The notes below the pieces were generated by a model. That model saw only the letters and a list, made by a program, of their open reading frames with translations, ran no database searches and was not told where the DNA came from. The position numbers and the translations under genes were made by a program. 64,000 bases of DNA from an uncultured Actinomycetota bacterium (GTDB lineage Bacteria; Actinomycetota; Actinomycetes; Actinomycetales; Demequinaceae). The DNA lies in the NCBI GenBank assembly GCA_963823015.1, contig CAWGJW010000004.1, forward strand, positions 540,301 to 604,300, read 5' to 3'. Shown here piece after piece: positions 20,334 to 30,287 of the stretch; position 1 is the first letter of the stretch, and each line of letters starts with the position of its first letter.

Positions 20334-21347
20334 CTACGGTTCGAACACGGGGCTGTTCTGCGCGGTGAGCGACGGGTCGCGCTCGACCGCGTCCCCCAGG
20401 GCGTCGTCGATCGCCTTCATGACGTCGTCCGGGAGCGTGACGCCGGAGGCCTTGACGTTGTCCGTCACCTGTTCGGGGCGCGACGCGCCGATGATCGCGG
20501 CGGAGACGTTGTCGTTCTGGAGCACCCACGCGACCGCGAGCTGCGCCATGGTGAGCCCGGCCTCCTTGGCGATCGGGGCGAGGCGCTGCACCCGCTCGAG
20601 CAGGGCGTCGTCCTTGAGGAAGCGCCCGATGAACGTGGCGCCCCCCTTGTCGTCCGTCGCGCGCGATCCCTTCGGGGCGGGCGCGCCGGGGAGGTACTTC
20701 CCCGACAGCACGCCCTGCGCGACCGGGGACCAGACGATCTGCCCGATGCCGTTGTCGCGAGAGGCGGGGATGACCTCGGGCTCGATCACGCGGTAGAGAG
20801 CCGAGTATTGCGGCTGGTTGGACACGAAGGGCACGTCGAGTTCCCTCGCGAGTTCGGCGCCGCGTCGTATCTGGTCGGCGGTCCACTCGCTCACGCCGAT
20901 GTAGAGCGCCTTGCCCTGGCGGACGACGTCCGCGAACGCGAGCATCGTCTCCTCCAGCGGCGTCGAGTGGTCGTAGCGGTGCGCCTGGTAGAGGTCGACG
21001 TAGTCGGTGCCGAGGCGTTCGAGGGATCCGTCGATCGAGCGGAGGATGTGCTTGCGCGACAGGCCCTTGTCGTTGGCGCCGCGGGGGCCCGTGGGCCAGA
21101 AGACCTTGGTGAAGATCTCGAGGCCGTCTCGCCGTTCGCCCTTCAGCGCCTCGCCGAGGACGGACTCGGCGACGGTGTTGGCGTAGACGTCCGCCGTGTC
21201 GAAGGAGGTGATGCCGGCGTCGAGCGCCGCGCGTACGCAGGCGGTTGCCTGGTCGTTCTCGATCTGCGAGCCGTGGGTGACCCAGTTCCCGTAGACGATC
21301 TCCGTGATTCTGAGGCCGGAGGAGCCGAGGTGTCGGTAGTTGACCAT
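20334..21347 (-). CDS. aldo/keto reductase
   Basis: 337 aa with the AKR N-terminal pattern (LGSSGLRITEIVYGNW..FDTADVYA) and KVFWP. Confidence 0.88.
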   Translation of the reverse strand: MVNYRHLGSSGLRITEIVYGNWVTHGSQIENDQATACVRAALDAGITSFDTADVYANTVAESVLGEALKGERRDGLEIFTKVFWPTGPRGANDKGLSRKHILRSIDGSLERLGTDYVDLYQAHRYDHSTPLEETMLAFADVVRQGKALYIGVSEWTADQIRRGAELARELDVPFVSNQPQYSALYRVIEPEVIPASRDNGIGQIVWSPVAQGVLSGKYLPGAPAPKGSRATDDKGGATFIGRFLKDDALLERVQRLAPIAKEAGLTMAQLAVAWVLQNDNVSAAIIGASRPEQVTDNVKASGVTLPDDVMKAIDDALGDAVERDPSLTAQNSPVFEP

Positions 21348-21386
21348 ACGGCCATCCTAGTCGAATCGTTTCGACCCTTCCTCGGG

Positions 21387-21944
21387 CTAGGCGGGATACT
21401 GCCCCCGACCGACCTGCGGCTTCGGGAGGCGGAGGCGGCGCACCTGCATCATTCGCGACACGGCGTACAAGACGTACCGCCGCGGGACGTGCGAGGAGCC
21501 GAACTTCGCGATCGCCTGCTTGCGCAGCTTCCGGATGAGGAAGAGCGACTCGATGATCCACGCGAGCATCAGGAGCATGAGCCCCGTTCCCGCGGCCGTC
21601 ACGGCCTTGGGGTGCGCGGGGAAGAAGAACAGGATCACGAAGGCGAACACGGCCGCAGGGAGAAGGAACTCGCTGAAGGTGGTGCGGGAGTCGACGAAGT
21701 CGCGTGCGAAGCGCAGCACGGGGCCGGCGTGCTGGCGCGGCATGTGCCGCTCGTCGCCGGTCTGCAGCGCCTCCTGCTCCTTCGCGAGGCGCGCCCGGTT
21801 CTCCTCCCGGCGTCGCTCCTTCGCCTCCTTACCCGTGGCGACGAGCGGCCGCCGGAGCTGCGCCTCGCGCTCCTTGCGCTTCGGGGTGGGGCGTCCCTTG
21901 CCCGTCGGCACCGTGCCCGGGGTCTCGTTCGTGTCCTTGGCCAT
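21387..21944 (-). CDS. DUF3043-like membrane protein
   Basis: 185 aa. A Lys/Arg-rich N-terminus (GKGRPTPKRKEREA) is followed by two TM helices. Confidence 0.7.
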   Translation of the reverse strand: MAKDTNETPGTVPTGKGRPTPKRKEREAQLRRPLVATGKEAKERRREENRARLAKEQEALQTGDERHMPRQHAGPVLRFARDFVDSRTTFSEFLLPAAVFAFVILFFFPAHPKAVTAAGTGLMLLMLAWIIESLFLIRKLRKQAIAKFGSSHVPRRYVLYAVSRMMQVRRLRLPKPQVGRGQYPA

Positions 21945-22057
21945 GGGTCAACCTTAGTCCGGGTCGAGCCGCGCCCGAGGCGGCCCCGACGTCGAGAGAG
22001 CGCCGGGGGGACGAAGGTCCCGGGCCCGGCGAAATGCTTTAGCAGTAAAGTAAATAC

Positions 22058-22525
22058 GTGCCGGCGGACGCGACGCGATCGATCCCTGCCCCCCTCACGG
22101 AGGAGGAGGACGCGCTCCTCCGCGCCCTCGCCCGCGTCTCGATCTCCTTCCCGCGCAGTTTCGACGCGGACCTCGGTCGCGCCGAGGGATTCTCCATGAG
22201 CGAGTACTCCGTCCTGATGCAACTGGCCGAGGCGCCACTCCACCGCCGGCGAATGGGCGACCTCGCGGCTTTGACGGCGCTCAGCGCCGGGGCGGTCACG
22301 AGGGTCGTCAAGGTGCTCGAGGGCAAGGGCCTCGTGGAGCGCCGACCCTCGGAATCCGACGGGCGGGGCAACGACGCCTGCCTCACCGAGCTCGGCCGGG
22401 AACGTCTCGACCGGGTACGCCCGACCCACGTCGCCTGCGTGCGTCGCCGGGTCTTCGACAAGCTCGCCGGGGCGGACCTGGCGCGCTGCACCGAGATGCT
22501 CGATCGCATCGCCCAGGATGACTGA
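22058..22525 (+). CDS. MarR family transcriptional regulator
   Basis: 155 aa with a winged-helix core (MSEYSVLMQLAEAP..RMGDLAALTALSAGAVTRVVKVLEGKGLVER..DGRG). Confidence 0.8.
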   Translation: MPADATRSIPAPLTEEEDALLRALARVSISFPRSFDADLGRAEGFSMSEYSVLMQLAEAPLHRRRMGDLAALTALSAGAVTRVVKVLEGKGLVERRPSESDGRGNDACLTELGRERLDRVRPTHVACVRRRVFDKLAGADLARCTEMLDRIAQDD

Positions 22526-23510
22526 CCCCGAGAAGAGACGAGCCACCGTGACCACCACGCGCGCGGGATTGAGCGAGTACGACAGCTTCGGCCCCTGGAT
22601 CGACGAGGTGACGACGCCCGACGAGGTGCCGCCGCTGTACCGCGATTTCCCCCTCGACCTCGGACGCGCCCGGCTCGTCATCAAGGTGCCCCGCGCGATC
22701 GACCGGAGGGACGCCACGCCGGACATGGACCTCTACGACCACCTGCTCGTGGTCGACGAGGTCGGGGTCACGGCGCTGAGCCGTCGCCTCTCCCCGGGCA
22801 AGAAGAAGACGCCCGTCGCCCGGGGCTACGACGTCACGGTCGTGCCGTACGCGCGGGCGGCCGCCGTGCTCGACACGGGCGACCTCCTCGACTGCCGGCT
22901 CGCCCTCTTCACCGCGGAAACCGAGGCGCTCGCGATCCGTTACAACGCCTCGGGGCGGGCGAGCATCGCCCGGCTGATCGCGATGATCCGCGACGAGGCC
23001 GCGGAGCAGGCGCCGAGCGCCGTGGGGCGGACGTTCCTCGCGGCCGCCGCGCGCGCGAAACGCCCGTCCGCGCTCGACCTCGACCGCACCGACCCCGTCT
23101 TCGTCTACGACGTCGAGGAGATCGCGCGTCGGCACGCGGGCCTCGCGGTGTGGACCTGCCACGAGCGGGTGCCGGCCGTCCCCCGCGAGGAGGGCTGGAA
23201 GGCGGCGTTCTGGAGGGTCGCGCACGCCGTCGCGCCTGTGAGCCTCAACGGGGGCATCGTGGCGGGGGACTCCGCCGTCGTCGAGATCGTCGGCAGGAGG
23301 GAGTGGCTGGCGCGCACGCGCGACGCCCGGTACTCCCGGTTCCGGCTGACGCTGCCCCTCGGCGCCCTCGCCCGGCCCGGGGTGAGGCCCCACCACCGCT
23401 ACGCGGACGTGAGCGTCGTGAGATTCGACGTGGGTGGTTCCGGCGTCGAGATCGCCCTTCCCGACGGCTCGGCCGCGCTCGCGCTCTTCTCGCGAGCGTC
23501 CGCGGCCTGA
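22518..23510 (+). CDS. hypothetical protein, translationally coupled to the MarR gene
   Basis: 330 aa. The start overlaps the MarR 3' end by 8 nt. I recognise no family. Confidence 0.55.
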   Translation: MTDPEKRRATVTTTRAGLSEYDSFGPWIDEVTTPDEVPPLYRDFPLDLGRARLVIKVPRAIDRRDATPDMDLYDHLLVVDEVGVTALSRRLSPGKKKTPVARGYDVTVVPYARAAAVLDTGDLLDCRLALFTAETEALAIRYNASGRASIARLIAMIRDEAAEQAPSAVGRTFLAAAARAKRPSALDLDRTDPVFVYDVEEIARRHAGLAVWTCHERVPAVPREEGWKAAFWRVAHAVAPVSLNGGIVAGDSAVVEIVGRREWLARTRDARYSRFRLTLPLGALARPGVRPHHRYADVSVVRFDVGGSGVEIALPDGSAALALFSRASAA

Positions 23511-23514
23511 GGTC

Positions 23515-24717
23515 CTAGTCCTTCGCCGCCGTCGTCGCCGGAAGGGCGAGCATGCGGTCGAGCGCGACGCGCGCCCAGTGGGCCGTGTCCTCGTCCACGA
23601 CGATGCGGTTGACCACCTCGCCGTCGACGAGCGACTCGAGCGCCCACACCAGGTGGGGCAGGTCGATGCGGTTCATGGTGGAGCAGAAGCACACCGTGTC
23701 CTCGAGGAACACGATCTGCTTGTCCGGGTGCTCGTCCGCCAGGCGGCGGACGAGGTTGAGCTCCGTGCCGACCGCCCATGCGCTGCCGGGCTCGGCCGCG
23801 GCGATCGTCGCGATGATCTTCTCCGTCGAACCCACGTAGTCCGCGGCCGTCACGACATCGTTCGCGCACTCCGGGTGGACGATCACGTTGATCCCCGGCA
23901 CCTCCGCGCGCACCCGGTCTACGTTCTCCTTGCGGAAGCGCCCGTGCACGCTGCAGTGGCCCTTCCACAGGATCATCCGCGCCGCGGCGAGCTGCTCCGC
24001 GGTGTTGCCGCCGAGCGGCTTGCGCGGGTCGTAGACGACGCAGTCGTCGAGGCCGAGGCCGAGCTCCAGGACGGCGGTGTTGCGGCCGAGGTGCTGGTCG
24101 GGCAGGAAGAGGACCTTGCCGTCGCCGTCGAGGCCGCCGACCTGGTCGAACGCCCACCGAAGCGCCGTCTCGGCGTTCGAGGACGTGCACACCGCGCCCT
24201 CGCGCTGGCCGCAGAACGCCTTGATCGCGGCGGTCGAGTTCATGTAGGTGACGGGGATGGTGCGCGCCGCGATGCCGGCCGCCTCGAGTTCCTCCCACGC
24301 CTGCTCGACCTGCGCGATGTCCGCCATGTCCGCCATCGAGCACCCGGCCTCGAGGTCGGGCAGGATCACCTGCTGCGCGTCGGACGTGAGGATGTCCGCG
24401 CTCTCCGCCATGAAGTGCACGCCGCAGAACACGATGAACTCCGCCTCCGGCCGCGCGGCGGCTTCGCGCGCGAGCTTGAACGAGTCGCCGGTGGTGTCCG
24501 CGAACTGGATGACCTCGTCGCGCTGGTAGTGGTGGCCCAGGACGAAGACCCGGTCCCCGAGCGCCGCCTTCGCGGCGCGCGCGCGTTCGACCAGGCCGGG
24601 ATCCGACGGGGCGGGCAGGCCGCCGGGGCACGCCACGCCCTTCTCGGAGTCGGCGTCCGACCGCCGTCCGAGCAGCATGAGGGCCGAGGGCTTCGGCTCG
24701 ACGAAGGTCTCGCTCAT
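23515..24717 (-). CDS. nadA: quinolinate synthase
   Basis: 400 aa of the long actinobacterial NadA type (LGHHYQRDEVIQFAD, FCGVHFMAESADIL, CSMADMA, HPEC). Confidence 0.9.
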   Translation of the reverse strand: MSETFVEPKPSALMLLGRRSDADSEKGVACPGGLPAPSDPGLVERARAAKAALGDRVFVLGHHYQRDEVIQFADTTGDSFKLAREAAARPEAEFIVFCGVHFMAESADILTSDAQQVILPDLEAGCSMADMADIAQVEQAWEELEAAGIAARTIPVTYMNSTAAIKAFCGQREGAVCTSSNAETALRWAFDQVGGLDGDGKVLFLPDQHLGRNTAVLELGLGLDDCVVYDPRKPLGGNTAEQLAAARMILWKGHCSVHGRFRKENVDRVRAEVPGINVIVHPECANDVVTAADYVGSTEKIIATIAAAEPGSAWAVGTELNLVRRLADEHPDKQIVFLEDTVCFCSTMNRIDLPHLVWALESLVDGEVVNRIVVDEDTAHWARVALDRMLALPATTAAKD

Positions 24718-24794
24718 CTGTCCATTGTTTCACGGAGCCGCGCTCGTCCAACGAACTCTGCCGAGGGCGAACCAAACCGTCATACAGTGAAGGG

Positions 24795-25085
24795 GTGAGC
24801 ACGCCAGCGGCGCGGGAATCCCGCCCCACGAGCCTCGCGGGCCGCATCGCCGCCTACGCGGTGCCGGCCCTCCTCGTCGTGGCCGCCGTCGCCGCCTACG
24901 CCGTCCCCCGGCCCGTGACGCGCTGGCTCGGGCTCCAGGCCGACCCGCCCGTCATTCCGGACGACCTCGACAACATCGTCCGCATCCTCGCGGTCCTGCT
25001 CGCGTTCATCGGCTTCGCCCTCGCGGCCCTCGTGGCGCTGGTGCGGTGGAGCAGGGGTCGCCGCGAGTCGTCCGTCCTCGAATAG
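24795..25085 (+). CDS. small hypothetical membrane protein
   Basis: 96 aa with two predicted TM helices and a GTG start. Confidence 0.45.
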   Translation: MSTPAARESRPTSLAGRIAAYAVPALLVVAAVAAYAVPRPVTRWLGLQADPPVIPDDLDNIVRILAVLLAFIGFALAALVALVRWSRGRRESSVLE

Positions 25086-25163
25086 GGGCCGCCGGGACCT
25101 TGGGTGCCGGGAATACGCGGATCGCGACGTACGCTTATGTGTGCAGGAACGAAAGGAGGCGCC

Positions 25164-25517
25164 ATGGCCGACACGGCAACCGAGACCCAGGCGCACGGCG
25201 TCGTCATCACCGACACCGCAGCGGAGAAGGTCAAGAGTTTGCTCAAGCAGGAGGGTCGCGACGACCTCAGCCTGAGGCTTTCCGTTCAGCCGGGAGGCTG
25301 CTCGGGTCTGATCTACCAGCTCTACTTCGACGAGCGCACCCTCGATGGTGACGCCGTTCGCGATTTCGATGGCGTCAAGGTCGTGGTCGACAAGATGTCC
25401 GTCCCGTACTTGGACGGCGCGACGATCGACTTCTCCGACACCATCGAGAAACAGGGATTCACGATCGACAACCCGAACGCCACGTCCACGTGCGCGTGCG
25501 GAGACTCGTTCAGTTAG
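25164..25517 (+). CDS. erpA: HesB/IscA-family iron-sulfur cluster insertion protein
   Basis: 117 aa with QPGGCSG and the C-terminal CACGDSF. RBS GAAAGGAGG lies 5 nt upstream of the ATG. Confidence 0.88.
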   Translation: MADTATETQAHGVVITDTAAEKVKSLLKQEGRDDLSLRLSVQPGGCSGLIYQLYFDERTLDGDAVRDFDGVKVVVDKMSVPYLDGATIDFSDTIEKQGFTIDNPNATSTCACGDSFS

Positions 25518-25535
25518 GGTTCCTGAAACCTCCGG

Positions 25536-25579
25536 CAGGCGGGCGCTCCCCTCGGGAGGCGCCCGCCTGTTTGTTTTCC
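25536..25579 (+). terminator. intrinsic terminator after erpA
   Basis: caggcgggcgc..gcgcccgcctg stem followed by TTTGTTTTCC. Confidence 0.6.
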
Positions 25580-25609
25580 TCGGGCTTCGTTTCCCGCGAC
25601 GCCCGACGT

Positions 25610-26704
25610 CTACGCCCCGCGGGCGGCCTCGGGGAGGGCGGCGACGAAACGCGCGACGTCGTCGTCCGTGACGCCGGGGTGAAGGCCGACCCGCAGCACG
25701 CCGCGGCTGTCGACTCCGAGCGCGGCCCACACGTGGCTCTCGGGCGACGGTTCGACGGTGCACGCCGAACCGGAGCCCACGGCGAATCCGCGCCGGTCGA
25801 GCTCCGCGGCGAGCGCCTCCCCGTCGATCCGCGCGCACGCGAAGGTCACGAGGTGGGGGAGGGCGGGTTCGGTCGGGGAGAAGACCGTCGTGTCGGGAAG
25901 CGAGGCCGCGGCCTCGCGGACGCGGCGTGCGTATCCAGCCAAGCGGCCCGCGGTGGCGGCGCGCTCGGTCTCGCGTTCCTCGAGCGCGACGGCGGCGGCG
26001 AGCGCCGCGGCGACGTTCACCCGCCCCGTGACGACGGGCGGGGTCGGCGCGAGGCGCGTCGGCGGGTGGCTCGCGACGACGGCGACGCCCCGAGGCCCGC
26101 CCCAGTCGGCGGCGTCGGCGGCGAGCGCGTCCCACGCGCCGGGCGCGTCCGCGTGGCCGACGCTCGCGGTCGCGTCGACGACGAGCGGCACGCCGGCGGC
26201 GCGCGCGGCCTCGTGGGCGGCGTCGAGGTCCTGGATCACGCCCGTCTCCTGGTTGGCGTGCTGGACGAGGGCGAGTGCGACGTCGTCCGAAAGCGCCTCC
26301 GCGAGGGCGGCGGGGTCGACGCGACCGTCGGCGCCCACGGCGACGAGCGAGAGGTCCGAGCCGTACCGGGCCGCCGTCCGGAGTACGGGCTTGCGTTCGA
26401 CGGCCGACGCCACGACGCGGCCGCGCCCCTCGCGAGCCTTCGCGACGCCCCCGATCGCCCGGTCGAAGGCGAGGCCGAAGGTCGGGACGAGCGTCGTCGA
26501 GGCGGCGGGGGAGCGGAGGACGGCGGCGATGGATTCCACGGCCCCGTCGAGCAGGGCGCGGGCGCGTCGGGACTCGGCGTGGAGGCGCTCGGGGTCCGCC
26601 CAACCCTCGTCGATCGCGGCGACGAACGCCTCGCGCGTCCGGGGGCTCATCGGGGCGGATCCGGCGGCGTCGAGGAACACGCGACGCCCGGTTAGGTCAC
26701 CCAT
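25610..26704 (-). CDS. class V aminotransferase-fold (cysteine desulfurase-like) protein
   Basis: About 364 aa starting at MGDLTGRRVFLDAAGSAP. It has the overall IscS/NifS-like layout. The longer 530-aa ORF upstream extension looks non-coding. Confidence 0.75.
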   Translation of the reverse strand: MGDLTGRRVFLDAAGSAPMSPRTREAFVAAIDEGWADPERLHAESRRARALLDGAVESIAAVLRSPAASTTLVPTFGLAFDRAIGGVAKAREGRGRVVASAVERKPVLRTAARYGSDLSLVAVGADGRVDPAALAEALSDDVALALVQHANQETGVIQDLDAAHEAARAAGVPLVVDATASVGHADAPGAWDALAADAADWGGPRGVAVVASHPPTRLAPTPPVVTGRVNVAAALAAAVALEERETERAATAGRLAGYARRVREAAASLPDTTVFSPTEPALPHLVTFACARIDGEALAAELDRRGFAVGSGSACTVEPSPESHVWAALGVDSRGVLRVGLHPGVTDDDVARFVAALPEAARGA

Positions 26705-26737
26705 ACCAATCAACCTACTGCGCGATACACTCTGGGG

Positions 26738-27598
26738 GTGTCCCACCGACGAATCCCTCGCAGAAACGGTCGCGCCCTCGCGCTGATCGGCGCCCTCGGC
26801 GCGAGCGCGCTCCTCGCCGGATGCAGCGCGAACCTCGAGAACGGCGCCCTCCCGTCCGACCCGAACGTCACGAACCAGACCGGCCGCATCATCAACCTGT
26901 GGAACGGATCCTGGATCGCCGCGCTCACCGTCGGCGTCATCACGTGGGGCCTGATCCTCTGGGCCGTGGCGGTGTACCGCAAGCGCAAGAACGACGACGT
27001 GCTCCCCGTGCAGACCCGCGTGAACCTGCCGCTGGAGCTCATGTACACCATCGTGCCGCTCATCATGGTCGGCGTCCTGTTCTCCTACACGGCGCGGGAC
27101 ATCACCGCGATCACGGACACGAGCGGCCCGGCCGACGTGCACATCCAGGTGATCGGCAAGCAGTGGAGCTGGGACTTCAACTACCTGGACGAGAACGTCC
27201 ACATCACGGGCGTCCAGGCGAACCTCACGGGTAAGCCGGGCGTGCGCGACGAGCTGCCGACGCTCTACCTACCGGTCAACAAGCGGGTCGAGTTCACCGT
27301 CAACTCCCGCGACGTCATCCACTCGTTCTGGATACCCGCGTTCCTGTACAAGATCGACGCGATCCCGGGACGCACCAACACGTTCCAGGTGATCCCGCAG
27401 AAGATCGGCCACTACGACGGCAAGTGCGCGGAGCTGTGCGGCGAGTACCACGCGGCCATGCTCTTCAACGTCGCGGTGGTCAGCCAAGAGGATTACGACG
27501 CGTACATCCAGCACCTGCGCAGCACCGGGCAGACGGGCCTGATCGGCCTCGAGTACAACCGCCAGCAGGACGTGACGACCACGGAGGCGACGCCATGA
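26738..27598 (+). CDS. ctaC: cytochrome c oxidase subunit II
   Basis: Lipobox-like LLAGCS and the CuA motif ([18 protein letters not shown]). Confidence 0.92.
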   Translation: MSHRRIPRRNGRALALIGALGASALLAGCSANLENGALPSDPNVTNQTGRIINLWNGSWIAALTVGVITWGLILWAVAVYRKRKNDDVLPVQTRVNLPLELMYTIVPLIMVGVLFSYTARDITAITDTSGPADVHIQVIGKQWSWDFNYLDENVHITGVQANLTGKPGVRDELPTLYLPVNKRVEFTVNSRDVIHSFWIPAFLYKIDAIPGRTNTFQVIPQKIGHYDGKCAELCGEYHAAMLFNVAVVSQEDYDAYIQHLRSTGQTGLIGLEYNRQQDVTTTEATP

Positions 27599-29265
27599 CC
27601 GCGACCCTGACGGCCCCGAAGCCCCCCGCCGCCGGCTACCGCCGCCGCGGCGGGACGCTCGTCCGCTGGGTGACGTCCACCGACCACAAGACCATCGGGT
27701 ACATGTACCTGATCACGTCGTTCTTCTTCTTCATGATCGCCGGCGTGATGGCGCTCATCATGCGCGCCGAGCTGTTCGAGCCCGGGCGCCAGATCGTCCA
27801 GAGCGCCGAGCAGTACAACCAGCTGTTCACCATGCACGGCACGATCATGCTGCTGCTGTTCGCGACGCCGCTCTTCGCGGGGTTCGCGAACGTCATCATG
27901 CCGCTGCAGATCGGCGCGCCCGACGTCGCCTTCCCGCGCCTCAACATGCTCGCGTACTGGTTCTACCTCTTCGGCGGGCTCATCGCGGTCTCGGGCTTCT
28001 TCACGCCGCAGGGCGCGGCCTCGTTCGGCTGGTTCGCCTACGCGCCGCTGAGCAACGCCGTCTACTCGCCCGGCGTCGGCGGGAACCTCTGGGTCTTCGG
28101 CCTCGCGCTCGGCGGCTTCGGCACCATCCTCGGCGCCGTCAACTTCATCACGACCATCGTGACGATGCGCGCGCCCGGCATGACGATGTTCCGGATGCCG
28201 ATCTTCACGTGGAACATCCTCGTGACGTCGATGCTCGTGCTCATCGCGTTCCCGCCGCTCGCCTCGGCGCTCATGGGCCTCGGCTCGGACCGCGTGCTCG
28301 GCTCGCAGGTGTTCAACCCGGACTACGGCGGGGCGATCCTCTGGCAGCACCTCTTCTGGTTCTTCGGCCATCCCGAGGTGTACATCATCGCGCTGCCGTT
28401 CTTCGGCATCGTCACGGAGATCATCCCGGTGTTCTCCAAGAAGCCGGTGTTCGGCTACCACGGGCTCGTGTTCGCGACCATCTCGATCGCCGCCCTGTCG
28501 GTGACCGTGTGGGCCCACCACATGTACGTCACCGGCGCCGTCCTGCTGCCGTTCTTCTCCTTCATGACCATGCTGATCGCGGTCCCGACGGGGGTGAAGT
28601 TCTTCAACTGGATCGGGACGATGTGGCGGGGCAAGATCACCATGGCCACGCCGATGCTCTGGGTCATCGGCTTCCTCGTCACCTTCCTGTTCGGCGGGCT
28701 GACGGGCATCATCCTGTCCTCGGCGCCGCTCGACTTCCCCGTCTCGGACACGTACTTCGTCGTCGCCCACTTCCACTACGTGGTCTTCGGCACCGTCGTC
28801 TTCGCGATGTTCGCCGGGTTCTACTTCTGGTGGCCCAAGATGACGGGCAAGATGCTCAACGAGCGGCTGGGCAAGCTCCACTTCTGGCTGCTTTTCTTCG
28901 GCTTCCACGGGACGTTCCTCATCCAGCACTGGCTCGGCGCGAACGGCATGGCCCGCCGCTACTTCGACTATCTGCCGGAGGACGGCTTCACCTGGGCGAA
29001 CCAGCTGTCGACCATCTCGTCGTTCGTCCTCGCGCTGTCGACGCTGCCGTTCCTCTGGAACGTGTACCGCACCAGCCGCAGCGGCGAGCGCGTCACGTCG
29101 GACGACCCGTGGGGATACGGCGCCTCCCTCGAGTGGGCGACCTCGTGCCCCCCGCCTCGCCACAACTTCCACTCGATCCCGCGCATCCGTTCCGAGCGCC
29201 CCGCGTTCGACCTGCACCACCCGGACATCGCGGCGATCGACCGTCAGTCGCAGCAGGGTCACTAG
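27595..29265 (+). CDS. ctaD: cytochrome c oxidase subunit I
   Basis: 556 aa. The ATG overlaps the ctaC stop (ATGA). It carries canonical heme-copper oxidase motifs ([14 protein letters not shown]). Confidence 0.95.
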   Translation: MTATLTAPKPPAAGYRRRGGTLVRWVTSTDHKTIGYMYLITSFFFFMIAGVMALIMRAELFEPGRQIVQSAEQYNQLFTMHGTIMLLLFATPLFAGFANVIMPLQIGAPDVAFPRLNMLAYWFYLFGGLIAVSGFFTPQGAASFGWFAYAPLSNAVYSPGVGGNLWVFGLALGGFGTILGAVNFITTIVTMRAPGMTMFRMPIFTWNILVTSMLVLIAFPPLASALMGLGSDRVLGSQVFNPDYGGAILWQHLFWFFGHPEVYIIALPFFGIVTEIIPVFSKKPVFGYHGLVFATISIAALSVTVWAHHMYVTGAVLLPFFSFMTMLIAVPTGVKFFNWIGTMWRGKITMATPMLWVIGFLVTFLFGGLTGIILSSAPLDFPVSDTYFVVAHFHYVVFGTVVFAMFAGFYFWWPKMTGKMLNERLGKLHFWLLFFGFHGTFLIQHWLGANGMARRYFDYLPEDGFTWANQLSTISSFVLALSTLPFLWNVYRTSRSGERVTSDDPWGYGASLEWATSCPPPRHNFHSIPRIRSERPAFDLHHPDIAAIDRQSQQGH

Positions 29266-29274
29266 GGGGTCCGC

Positions 29275-29673
29275 GTGAACGTCGAATCCAGGATCTTCGC
29301 CCTCCCCGCGGTCTTCTTCTTCACGGCCGCCGTCGCGTACGGGCTGCTGTCCGGCTGGGAGGTGGTCGGCACCGTCTGCATCGCGCTGACGGGCGCGCTC
29401 GCCACCATGATCGGCATCTACTTCCGCATGCTCGCGAAGCGCCACGGCGCCCGCCCCGAGGACTCGCCGGACGCCTCGGTCGACGCGTCCGCCGGCGACC
29501 AGGGAGTGTACGCCCCCTGGTCCTGGTGGCCGCTCGTGCTCGCGTCCGGCGCCGCCCTCGGGTTCACGGCCCTCGCCGTGGGCTGGTGGCTGATGGTCCC
29601 CGCCGGAATGGTCGCGGTGATCGGACTCATCGGCTGGGTGTTCGAGTTCTCGCGGGGTCAGCACGCCCACTAG
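29275..29673 (+). CDS. ctaF: cytochrome c oxidase subunit IV (actinobacterial CtaF)
   Basis: 132 aa with four TM helices, directly after ctaD. Confidence 0.85.
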   Translation: MNVESRIFALPAVFFFTAAVAYGLLSGWEVVGTVCIALTGALATMIGIYFRMLAKRHGARPEDSPDASVDASAGDQGVYAPWSWWPLVLASGAALGFTALAVGWWLMVPAGMVAVIGLIGWVFEFSRGQHAH

Positions 29674-29680
29674 GTGAGTG

Positions 29681-29746
29681 GGGGGTCCTGGGCGCGGCGC
29701 TCGCGGCGGTCAGGCTTGATCCCCTCGCCCCGCGCCCAGGACCCCC
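29681..29746 (-). repeat. conserved-loop hairpin H1 (inverted relative to H2/H3); may also act as the ctaCDF terminator
   Basis: A 17-bp perfect stem gggggtcctgggcgcgg / ccgcgcccaggaccccc. The loop contains ggcggtcaggcttgatcccc, the reverse complement of the H2/H3 loop core. Confidence 0.7.
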
Positions 29747-29799
29747 GTGGCTCGTAAGGTGAATGTGCGACGGGTTACCCGTCGTGCGATGCTGAGCGC

Positions 29800-30168
29800 G
29801 TGAGACGCGCATATCTGGTGATCGCTTCCGTTCTTGTTCTTACCGCGTGCGGCACGCCCGTCGACTACGGGCCCGTGGCCGTATACGACGCGCATGGGGT
29901 CAGCGGCGATCCGCTCGACGTGACAGGTACGCTCCGGATCTCCGACACGTGCGTCACCGTGCCGATGCACGGGGAATACGTGGCCGTCGTCTTCCCTCAG
30001 AACGAGGTCCGTTGGGACTCCGCGACGAGCACTCTGACCTACTTGGGTCACCCCTACCGGGATGGCGACCCCATCGCACTCGTGTTCGGAGGCGAGGGAG
30101 GTCGACCCAAGAACCTCTCGCAAGAGTGTCCCGTCGGGAGATACGTCAGCGTGGCGCCGTCGACCTAA
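29800..30168 (+). CDS. hypothetical lipoprotein
   Basis: 122 aa with a signal peptide and lipobox (VLVLTAC). I recognise no family. Confidence 0.55.
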   Translation: MRRAYLVIASVLVLTACGTPVDYGPVAVYDAHGVSGDPLDVTGTLRISDTCVTVPMHGEYVAVVFPQNEVRWDSATSTLTYLGHPYRDGDPIALVFGGEGGRPKNLSQECPVGRYVSVAPST

Positions 30169-30210
30169 CGGGCGGGGAGTCGGACGAGCGATCTTCGCGA
30201 ACGGCGCAAG

Positions 30211-30244
30211 TCGGCAAGCCCACTGCTCGCCAATACACCCCGTC
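30211..30244 (+). repeat. island junction repeat, copy A
   Basis: tcggcaagcccactgctcgccaatacaccccgtc matches copy D at 30 of 34 positions. Confidence 0.65.
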
Positions 30245-30287
30245 GGCCACGCGCCCCCGCGGGTGTCCTTGAGAGTTGAGGGGAGGC

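Noticed and set aside
24725-24745. A GTTTCAC half-site upstream of nadA that resembles half of a parS site.
   Set aside because: Only one half of the palindrome is present, so it is most likely chance.
25610-27202. A 530-aa version of the class V aminotransferase gene that would overlap ctaC.
   Set aside because: The N-terminal 165 aa are Arg/Asp/His-rich off-frame sequence antisense to ctaC. The recognisable fold starts at MGDLTGRRVFLDAAG (start at 26704).
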